Part shown: positions 50,201 through 61,500 of the stretch, in pieces
How the letters are laid out: each line of letters starts with the position of its first letter
How positions within the stretch are numbered: position 1 is the first letter of the stretch
From: Lingula anatina
Taxonomy: Eukaryota; Animalia; Brachiopoda
Reading direction: 5' to 3'
DNA: 64,000 nt
Assembly: GCA_051362555.1 (NCBI GenBank)
Contig: CM120642.1
Span: forward strand, 25,110,001 to 25,174,000
Translations under genes and position numbers: made by a program
Notes under the pieces: model-generated
Databases searched by the model: none
Seen by the model: the letters and a program-made list of their open reading frames with translations, nothing else
What the model was told of the DNA's origin: nothing

Positions 50201-53200
50201 GTATGACTGCAAGCAGACGAAGTATTGGCTGGTAATAACAGACAAATATAAGTAGCTATAGACAAAAGAATCTTCACAGGTCTAATGTTCAAGTAAAATC
50301 CGCGTGTTAATAGTATAAACTATCATCATGTTGCTAATGCTATTTGCTAATGCTAACGCTATTTGCCCATTACGTTTATTGCGTTCACATGTAGAAATTG
50401 TAGAATATGCTTGGTAATCGACCGACACCCTCAGTAGTTTCAGAGATTGGTCAATGCGCATATTCCCCATGCAGTGAGAACGAAAGCCAGTTTGCTCTTT
50501 TCGATGGTTATAAGTGTAACTGTGACTTGTCTGGGGGCGGTGCAAAATGTATGAAAGGTAGGTGTCTAATCACATAATCTCACCATGTGATTTATATGTA
50601 CATGTAACAAGGTCAAACATCAAACGTATTGTACTTCCTGGTGTGAACATGACAACGAAGGAATCCTAACGTGAATAGTGATGCTCAATATTTATACAAA
50701 CGTGCCACTGTGAGACAATAAGGTGCCATGTCTGAAGTAAAAAACATATGTGTATTTAAATATGCATTTATTTTTTAACCTCGCTGTATATTTTATTCAT
50801 TAATGAATTTGTTCGCCTCTCCATTGTCCTTTTAGATTGGTGTGCTGATAATACTTTTATCAACAAAGGGGTGTGTGTCATAAATGAGACGACTTACCAG
50901 TGCGTCCAGTGTACCTGCCCCGTAGGGTTACATGGAAAACACTGCGAACAAATAAGTAATTGCTTATTATACTTTATAAGTAAAGCAGGGTTGAGAAAAA
51001 GAAAATGTTTTTGTTGATCATAGGTATAAAAATTAATTTTACATAATTTAAACAAGAAGCACAGGTATAGATACAGCAACACACGCAACAATCAGTTCTT
51101 CATATTTTATCGGACTGTCTGTTTTAAGATTGGTGTGCAGATGATTCTTGTCAAAATGGAGGTGTGTGTATCAACAATGGGACGAGTTACTGGTGCATCT
51201 GTCCACCAGGATTCCATGGAAAACACTGCTATTACGGTTAATATCAATAAATTAATAAAGTATTTGCTGAACACACCCTTGTCAGATTTTCCCGCAACCT
51301 ATGGTTCGTCTGCTATTGTAGCATAGTAAGCATTAATATGAGTACACTGCATATATAATCTCTACTGTAAAAAGGTATTTTTTCTGTATTTTAAACGCTT
51401 TGAGCAAATTATAAATGTTTCCTGCTAGCGGCAAGAAATGGATTGAGATATCTTTTTAGATTGGTGTGCTGGTGATCCTTGCCAAAATGGAGGAGTGTGT
51501 ATCACCAATGAGACGACTTACCAGTGTATCTGTCCACCAGGATTCCATGGAAGACATTGTGATCAAATAAGTAAATATTGATAACCTAATAAGTAAGGCA
51601 GGATTACAGAAAAGAAATTTTTTGTAGAACATGGTCTTGTAGAATTTTTTTGGTTTTCATTGAGAAATTTGGAGCTGCTCTACTGTATCGACATGCCCTC
51701 TCTGCTAAACGAGTACTACATTGTAGAGGGCCATTTACTTGCAATATCTGATTGAAGTATTCATAATAAGCCACATTATAATAATAATGATAATAATAAT
51801 AATTAATATTATTATATTATTTAGACTACTACTTAGTTGAGGAAGGATTTCATTTACAAAAATCGCTTTTGCCAATGTAACATATCTCTACATTTAACAA
51901 CGGTTTAAACTAAACGAAAGCGCGATTACTATCGGGGTGAAAGAATGGGGTATGTTGCAATCAAGTATTTCTGGTAAGAGACTGGTGTTTCAGATGGGCT
52001 GAGTTTTTTTTTCTCTACATTGAATAACTGTATACTGGCCTACGCTGTTTTTTTTAGATTGGTGTGCTGCTGACCCTTGTCACAATGGAGCTGTGTGTAT
52101 AAACAATGAGACGACTTACCAGTGTATCTGTCCACCAGGATTCCATGGAAGACATTGTGACTTAATAAGTAAATACTGATAACCTAATACGCAAGGCAGG
52201 ATTACGGAAAATAATATTTTGTAGTACATGGTCTTGTAGAATTTTTCAGTTTCCATTGAGAAATTTGGAGCTGCTGTACCGACATGTATTTAGCACTTTG
52301 TTTTTTGTCCGTTCTGCTAAACGAGTACTACATAGTAGAGGGTCATTTACTTTCAATATCTGATTGAGGTATTCATAATAAACCACATTATTAGTATTAT
52401 TACTATTTAGACTACTACTAAGTTTAGTTGAAGGAGGAATTCATTTACAACATCATTTTTGCCATGTAACATTCCTCTACATTTAAAAACGGTTTCAACT
52501 AAACGAAAGCGCGATTACTATCGGGCTGGAAGAAAGGGGTATGTTGCAATCAAGTATCTCTGGTAAGGGACTGGTGTTTTAGATGGGACGAGGCTCGTTT
52601 TTTTAAATATATATTGAATAACTGTCTACTGGCCTCCGCTGTCTTTTTAGACTGGTGTGCTGGTGATCCTTGTCTCAATGGAAGTGTATGTATCAACAAT
52701 GAGACGACTTACCAGTGTATCTGTCCACCAGGATTCCATGGAAGACATTGTGACGAAATAAGTAAATGTTACACTGATTACTTTATACGTAAGGCAGGGT
52801 TACGGAGAAAACATTTGTTGTTGTACATGGTCTTGTCCAAGTTTTCTGTTTTTATTGAGAAATTTGGAGCTGTTGTAGACTTTTTTAGGCTCTTTGTTTT
52901 GTTCGTTCTGCTAAACGAGTACTTCAATGCACAGTATCATTTATTGCACTATCTGATCGAAGTTTTCATGATAAGTTACATTATTATTATTATCATTATT
53001 ATTCCTGTTATTATTATTATTATTTAGGCCTACCCAACTACTTTGTTGAAGGAGGATTTTCTTTAAAACGTCATTTTTGACGTTTAACATTTACCACATT
53101 TAAAAAACAGTTTAATCTAGACGAAAGCACTTTCTATCGGAGTGGAAGAATAGGGAATGTTGCAATTAAGCATCGATGGTAAGAGACAGATATTTCTTTC

Positions 53201-56200
53201 CGACATCGTTGTCTACATTCAATAACTGCTTACGGGCCTCCCTTGTCTCTTTTTAGATTGGTGTGCTGAAAATCCTTGTCTCAGTGGAGGTGTGTGTATC
53301 AACAATGAGACGACTTACCAGTGTATCTGTCCAACAGGATTCCATGGAAGACATTGTGATCAAATAAGTAAATATATATTACTAAATAAGAAAGGCTTGG
53401 GCGGCAGTTGTTGTACATACCCTTGTGTAGCTTTTCAGGTTTATCTTTTTATATTTCAGTGTGTGCCTCTTTGCACTCTCTGCCTTATGTAGCTTATTAC
53501 ATAAGGAAAAATCAAAGAAAAATTATTTGGAAAATATTCCATATAAATACATATGTATCAAGTCTGTATGTATTTATATGGAATATTTTCCAAATAATTT
53601 TTCTTTGATTTTTCCTTCTTGTTTAAACCAGTCTAGCTATTACAATGGTCCTTTAAAACGCTTTTCGGTGACAATTTGCCCCTCATCCTGAACAGAACTT
53701 GTTTTTGTTTATTTGTAGCAGCAAAATCGTAAGAACGACGTCTCCTGTTTCTTTGTGGTAGATACAATAGTATGGGCACATCCATGTAAAACCGTGCAGA
53801 GCGTTCCTTGCGACCCAATAATTTATCTAGTAATGTCTATGTGTTTTACGTCATTGTGGCATTTATCAAAAAGGCGGTAACAATCTGCTGCCCGTGCAGT
53901 TTATGCACCGCAACATCCACTACTTGTATGCAAAATTCAAAATCATCTTTGTGGCCTTTGTCGAAATATTGAAACTTTTTGACTGAACCATGCTCTGCCA
54001 AAGTCATACTTAGACCAGCCCAAAGAGTACTACCCAAAGAAATCGCCATGCACACATTACATAATGCAGCAGTGCTTCAGACAGGGCAGTCAGTTAATTA
54101 CTGACACACCTGGCTTTTATCTATACTCATAATTCACATGAGATACACGTATTAAAAATAAGTAACACATTTTACCTAGACATACCTTTGAAACTAAAAT
54201 ATTCCATATTAAATGTCAAGCCTGTATTAGGACAGTGGATAGAACCACTACTTTGGAAGAAATTGAACAAAACCCTTTCATCTATGAACCATGATAAGCT
54301 TTATTCCACATTTAACGATAAAATCAAAGTAAAAACGTTTTTCTGCTAACCACTGGTAATTGAATCATGGCTGCCACGGCCATTGTAAGAGAGTTTTTTT
54401 CTGGACGCGCCTCAAGTTGTCTACATTCAATAACCGTATACGGACCCCATTCTCTCTTTTTAGATTGGTGTTCCTGTAATCCTTGTTACAATGGAGGTGT
54501 GTGTGTCAACAATGAGATGAGTTACCATTGTATATGTCCACCGGGGTTCTTTGGAATACACTGTGATCAAATAAGTAAGTATTGATTACTTAATAAGACA
54601 GGGTTGGGTGGCATTTGCTGAACAAACCCATGTCGGAATGTCCAATGATTTTCTGTTTTCACTTTTTTGGACGATGATTGTAGATGGTTCATGACCTCTT
54701 TCTGGAGTGCTGATGTATAGAGTCACCTATTTTATATAACTACAAAACGTCAAAATATATCTTGTCCGCATATCTTTGTGGCTATATTTGTCAAATCCCT
54801 CTCCTTCAGTAGCAGGCAAATGACAAGATACGAAACGTTAAATGCACAGACGTCTTATTAAACTTAATTTATTAGAAAAATAAAAGATATTATAGTTAGG
54901 AAATGACGACGACAGGAGCGTTCGAATGTTTATTCATCGATTCTCTTTTCATACAATTTCACTAGTATTTAAACTCTATTTCTCCGTATGCCTCGATGCC
55001 TCTTACAGAAATTTAACTTACATTCAATAACTCCCTATCCTTTTACTCGTTTGATTCCGTTCTAATTATTATCTGCAATTACTGAAAGTGTAAATAATTT
55101 ACTTTAAAACAAAGAGTTTATCTAATTCCAGTTAAAAATTTAACCACAGCCCAGTCAAATGCCCGTGCAGCTGCTCAAGAGACGAGCCGTATCACCACTT
55201 TGGTCCCTTCTGTCACAGCAACTGGCGTGGTACTGGTATGCGTGGTTTGCATTACCGCTGCATTGTGGAATCGCTATCTGAAGAAAAGGTATCGCTGTGC
55301 TAGGAGTGCTGTCTCCTTTTTTCCGGTTCTAGGGACTGACTTGTACTGTTTTGTTTTGACAAAAATACACTCAAATACGTACATTTTTTTGTCTTATTTT
55401 CACATTTATACGTCTTAATTCGATAATTAAATTATATTGCATCCTTCAATTCAGAGGATGCTGTACAAAGCATTTATGTGTGGCTTTGTTTTTTTTTTTT
55501 TTACTAATGTCAGCTAATTCATTGGTTGTACAATTAGTAAATGTTGCGAAAGAAATCCAGAAGTCGAATCAGAAACCATTGTTTATGTCATGATTTTCTG
55601 TATCATTCTGCTAAGGCATTAGGGATGACATTTCTTTTTGCTAGGGGAGTATATTTAGTTCCTATCAGAGAATGACTGTACAACCTCTACTTTGCTTATT
55701 TGTAGAAAAACTAACCCTGACCCAAATGACAACCCCATGGATCAAAAGGAACAAGCCGATGTAGAAGATGATGAAGAGACCGCATGTTCTTCTTCTACAG
55801 AAATTGTTAATGCAGTTCCCCCGGCACTCGTCCTGTTCCCAGGAACTGTTAGTTCAGGCTCTAAAAGGTTATACAACGGAGGTCATAGGGGTAGACATGG
55901 CAAATTAAATTTGATCTATCCTGAACAATTCTTGAATCAAGAGGAAAAAGCCGATATAGAAGATGATGAAGAGAGTCAATATTCCTCTCCTACAGAAGCT
56001 GTTAATGCATATCCCCCGGCACTCGTCCTGTTCCCAGGAACTGTTAGCTCAGGCTCTAAAAGGTTATACACCGGAGATCATAAGGGTAGACTTGGTGAAT
56101 TAAAATCGATCAATCCTGAGCAACCCTTGGATCAAGAGGAACAAGCTAGTGTAGAAGATGACGAGGAGCCGTCATGCTCTTCTCCTACAGAAGTTGTTAT

Positions 56201-56405
56201 CTCAAATCCCCCGCCACTGGTCATGTTCCCAGGAACTGTTGGATCAGGTTCTAAAGGGTTATACAAAGGAGATCGTAAGGGTAGACATGGTGAACTAAAA
56301 TCGATCCTTCCTAGACAACCGGGTCCAGATAATGGTCACACGTCTGCAGTTCAAAGTTTTTCGCCGCAACCGCTCCCTCGGCGATTACCACCTTTGCAAA
56401 CATAA
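47231..56405 (+). CDS. Copy 4: type-I membrane protein, FCGBP-N-like + HYR-like + 5-Cys EGF + 7 EGF repeats + TM + 3-repeat tail (~1183 aa)
   Basis: Exons 47231-47291 (MKVLYFLLCTLFLCFLGGDT), 47841-49280, 49511-49807, 50444-50557; EGF exons 50836-50955, 51129-51236, 51460-51570, 52058-52168, 52651-52761, 53257-53367, 54464-54574; TM 55132-55288; tail 55706-56405 ([10 protein letters not shown]). Total 3552 nt in frame. Confidence 0.87.
47841..49280 (+). CDS. Copy 4 large exon: IgGFc-binding protein N-terminal-like domain
   Basis: ORF 47882..49297; ttttag|ATGTTCC ... TCAG|gtaaag; 1440 nt. Confidence 0.9.
49933..50284. mobile_element. Fold-back MITE with a central poly-C tract
   Basis: TGAAGATTCTTTTGTCTATAGCTACTTATATTTGTCTG and its exact reverse complement near the two ends, plus inner inverted repeats; absent from the homologous intron of copy 3. 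Confidence 0.8.
50836..54574 (+). repeat. Tandem EGF exon+intron units of copy 4 (7 exons)
   Basis: Same consensus; units at 51460, 52058 and 52651 are ~595 bp near-duplicates including their introns. Confidence 0.9.
53503..54227. mobile_element. Rearranged Tc1-like relic with a perfect 51-bp inverted repeat at its left end
   Basis: Right end AATATTCCATATTAAATGTCAAGCCTG|ta resembles the TIR of the Tc1 at 29657-31303; hairpin arms at 53503-53553 and 53567-53617. Confidence 0.55.
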
Positions 56406-58550
56406 TAACGTTATGCTACGAATTATTTTGCTATTATATCGCCATACATTATGTTACAGAAGGAGGATATTTGAAAAGGAGGGACTATTGGATGCATATG
56501 AAATATTCAGTTTTGACACTGAAGGGGGGGGGGGGCGGTTCAATTACCCGACAGTTACATGTATGTCCAACTTCTCCTCCTCCTCCTCCCCCGAAACAAA
56601 ATCCTCGGACCGCAGTGAGGGTGGCGACTTGTATATACCGACTAGTTGTTATCATATACTGTATATTGCATAAACACTGTAGGCCTACTGATGACTAATC
56701 ACCAGTCTAATCCTGAGAGATGTAAATAGCTAAGGTCACGTTTTTACTTGCTAAATTTTTATTTTTGGTAGACTCGTAATGGAGGTGGAGACAGATGAAT
56801 TCACCCTTAGCCGTAAAAACTAGACATTTAGAGCTCGAAACAGCAAATGTCGGGCATATCTTGGATTTCCCCAATATGCCCTAGGATACACACTTCTGAG
56901 AAACCAGTTATTTATCATAAGATAATGAAGATGTGGAAAATTCTGAGAAACAAACTTTAGGTTATAATGGGCATCATGTGTTCTAGGCAGTTGAAAACAA
57001 TGTATTCCCATGGTAGGAGGCGAGGGTACAGGGGTAGGTGGCAGATATCCTGGGGTCTCTCAAAATGCTCAAGGACACAGGGTTGTTAACTGCGAGATAT
57101 GTATTAAAGGGGTAATAAGTGAAAGTCACCGACAAATATCTTAATCCGATAATGTTCCCTTTAAAAACAGCTTTACCAACCGGACTTATAGTCCCTATTT
57201 GCAGATTGAGATTCATCCCCAGCGGTATGGGCATTGGATACCTTGGAGATCGAGAGACATTTGATGAGAATTCCAGGAATTTATTTTACTATGTCACGGT
57301 TCATTGCACGTTGTATACCTTTTAATCTTCAATGTCTGCCTGCACGGAGACACGTTATATGATAGATCAGTGGACTACCTGAGTAATGATGGCAGTGCTA
57401 GGCTGCTACCGTGCCAGTGATTGCTTACATATATTTACTGAGACCAACTCATAACATGAAATACTATTTTAAACCATAAAATAATTGTTTTTATTTTTCC
57501 ATTGAGAACGCGTATTTTAAAGATTTAATTAGAAGCGATGAAATGTTAGATACATCTAAGTGGACTGTCAATTTGAAGCTTCTTACAATAAAATGTTTGC
57601 TAGTTCAGAATGTTGTGACAATGCTAAAAATCTTACACTTTCTTTCTTCGCGTGACTGTCAGTTTTCCTTTAAGGCCTTTTAAAATTTCTATTAAAATTA
57701 AACTACGGGTACTACTGTGTTAACTTGATACCCCCTGTGAGGGTAACACTCAGAGTTGATTTTCAATCTATTCCTTTGTTGACATTAACGACAACTTCAA
57801 ACTTTTATCAAGTACTATTCAGGGCTTTGTGATATTCAATTGATGCAATATTAAGCTATGCTGTCGTAATTTTCATATCAAGCTGTTCTTCCGAGAAATA
57901 ATTGGTGCTTGGAGTATGCAGTTGATGAAAATATTTTAACAATACCCTGTAGGTCATCAAACCCAATCATAATAAAACCAGGACGAGATATTTACAAATT
58001 TTCAAAGAAATTTAATTGCGGTTAACCGTTTAAATATCTAGTTTGTATGACCTTCGTCGTCACTTTTGATTTTCTCCTTTTGATCTAGTGACATATACAG
58101 CTGTTATGGAATATTCCTCCATCCAGCTCTGATAGCAGCTACAAGTATGGTCCTTGCCTCTTTCTATTGCTCCTTGGGGTTTGGGATTGGGCAAAAGGCC
58201 AATAACTTCACCCAGTAATATGTGGAGAATTGCCAGAACTGAGCATTTTAATGCGCAGCCCCTATATCACGCCTCGGTCTATTTAATATCTAAAGATAGA
58301 GAATTTGTGGCATTCGGTGTCACAGATTTTCTTTTCTCTCTCTCTATCTCTCTCTCTCTCTCTTTTCGAACAATAGAATGTTTTAGTGCGTACAAAAATG
58401 CCCTTTAGCATGAAAATAAACAATAAGGCTGTTTGCGTGTTTCTTGTTACCTCTGTAAATAACTCTTTATACGGGCTGTATAGAAAATAGAGAAGAAGAG
58501 AAGCAGTCTTTCCGTGAAGAGGGAGAGGAGACATGACAAGACCGTGAGAA

Positions 58551-61500
58551 ATGAAAGTGTTGTATTTTCTTCTCTGTATGTTATTTCTCTGTTTTTTGGG
58601 TGGCGACACAGGTAAGACAATTGACTTGGTTTACTATTTTATTTCAGTAATGTAGAATAACCTTAAATATGAGTAGGTAACAGCAAATTTTGCTTATATT
58701 GTTTTAACAAAACGCAACTAGGCAACTAGTAATACTTAACAGCGTGCCAATCAACATCGATTTGCACAGAGACTCAAACTGTTTTAAAAAGCTGGAAATG
58801 TAGTTTTGGATTTTCAGTTTACAATATTTATTATGAAAATCTTAATAAGATGTGTAAATATGAACATGCATACAATACTCAACGTATAGCATCTATACCT
58901 GTAAGTACCCAGGATATTTTAAAGAGATAGAGGAATATGAATAACATATGTATCCTGTAGATTACCTATTTTAATTATACGTTAGCACATGTAGACAGTG
59001 TACCAAGAGGTATGCAGGGGCTCCGTAGGTCAACGACCCTGAAAGAAAAGAAATGAAAGGCAGTCGGGAAAGCGAAGGGAGTATGAGTGGATTAATTAAG
59101 GGAGTGCATGTACCCAGCAAACATAGAACGTTATTATAACGTTACCAAACTTTTTTTGGTTATAATATTAACGTTATGGTAACGTTATAATAAAATTATT
59201 TGTTTGCTGTGAACGTGATAAAAGTGGCAAGGAGGGGCAAGCCCGTGGACGAAGACGAAAGGGCCCCAAACATGCAGATGTAAGATACTGCTCGATAAAA
59301 GTCAAAGTTGAAAAATAAACCAGCACCCTAACGTCTCCTGATAAATATTTAATAATACATGCATAGGTCTAAAAATCTGTTCGGAATACGGAAGTGAGAA
59401 ATTATATATATTTCTAAATTTCATTTGAGAAAACGAATTTACAGTATATGTTACAGTTATTCATTCAATTCATACCTATATACCTATATAAATCAGAAAA
59501 AGGAGCCCCGATCGTATGACAACAGACGTCCCTTTTTCATGAGTCCCACTTTATACAAAAAATCTTAGGCCTGGTATAAGAATGTATCTTTTGTAAACAA
59601 TGGTTTACATGGAGTCATGCATTTTGAAATATATTTGTCTGCAACCAAAATATATAATAAAATGCACAATTAATTTACAAAATAGCTTTGTTCATACATG
59701 TGAGGAAATGCATATTCTCTGGCAGATAAGAAGTGGATGATGCTGTCCATACTCTAACTTGTCCATTCACATTGTTAACGGTGAAAATGATCTCATCAAA
59801 AAAATGGCACCAGTTCTGACCTACGGTCCATGCAAAGGTTTTTGCAGACCATGTCACTCTTCTTCTTCTTCTTTTCACCATGGTGATAAGTGGTTTCCAC
59901 CTGGGAACCCTGCTGTGAATTCCTGAAGCATGAAGCCTCCTTTGCCAGTTCTTATATTAATCTCGATCACTGCAAAGCGAAGTCGCTGCAAGGTTCAAAT
60001 CCCTCGACCTTTGGCAGCATAAAAAAGATACCTGCTATCTCTGGCATTAGTCTTCTTCCGGCTGCCACTTCCAAATGCCTTATTTTTAAGTGCCCTCCAT
60101 CCTTCTGCAAACCCAGCATACAGCCTGGTCTGACACATCATGTCCGGCGGCTATCTGGTGGACATCTATAACCTCCTCCCTCAGAGAAACAATTTCTTTT
60201 CTTTCTTCATTTGTGAATTCCTGTATCTTCACCATGTGAAAACCTGGCGGCCAAAAGGGCCTTTAGCCTTCGGAGATATCCTTTTAGTGCACATGAATAA
60301 AAATTCGTCTATTCATCGAGCAATAAACCGCGAATAATTTTTTACTGGTCCACCATGTAACATATATAGCACACTATTCACACAGACGGTGCACTACATT
60401 TCACCCCTCTCTTACACAATGCTTTTGTTTCAGATGTTCCTGACAACAGCGGCAAGGAATTCATCATAGGTTTTATGGACAATATTGTCATCCAAAGTTT
60501 GAACGTATTTCTCACCACCAACAATCCTGCCACAGTTCAAGTCAGGATCTCTGCCCATCCCAACCTGTTAAACCTTCTTCCACTTCAAAGCAGAACGGCA
60601 AACGTAAGTCGCGGCTCAGTTACGAAGGTTGACATCCCAATAAGCTTTGCCATGAAGACCACATACAAACAGTTTAATGGTTTGTTTTTATCATCAGATG
60701 ACGAATTCATAGTCTACGGCTCCAACGCCATGTCATTAAGTTTGGATGCGTTTCTAGCCTTACCAGTTGAAAGTCTTGGGCAGGAGTACATCACAGGCAG
60801 TTACAAAGCCTGTTTAAGTTTTCATCCTGCATTTGTAGGACTAATCGGGATTCAAAACAGTACGCATGTCGAAATAACTCCTCCCCCAGACAAGAGTATA
60901 ATTTTAATGGGTGTCACAGTAAGTTCCAAGACACATATCGTTCTGGACAGACTTGAGACCATTCAAATCCAATCTTCCAGCGACATTACAGGTACGAGGA
61001 TTAATTCGACAAAACCACTGTCAGTAATGTCAGGCAATATGTGCAGCAATATTCCTTGTGGGGTTAGGGCCTGTGATCATTTGGTGGAACAGATGTATCC
61101 AGTCGATAGATGGGGCTATACGTACATAGTTGTTCCATCAGCTTACCGGCAGAGTGGGGATATTGTCCGCATTGTAGGCAGTACTGATGACACCTTGGTC
61201 GGCATAACCGGTATCTCGCGTTTAACGCTTAACAGATCCGAGTTCTTTGAATTTAAGGTATTGAAGAACGCTCCTGTATTTCTCAATGCCAGTAAGCCGA
61301 TTATGGTGTTGCAGTTTACGCAGAGCCATGGAACGGATAATCTGGACAGTGATCCTTACATGATGGTTGTGCCTGCCATAGAACAATTCACGTCCAGTTA
61401 CACCATCGCTACCGCCAATCTTCCTGATAAAGTTTACAAAAACTTCGTCAATGTAGTCATCAAGAACAGTTCTAAAGAAGGCCTCAGAGTTGATGGAGCC

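Noticed and set aside
47231-56405. True FCGBP orthologue (gene symbol withheld)
   Set aside because: No vWD/C8/TIL repeats or GDPH cleavage sites; these proteins have TM and cytoplasmic exons.
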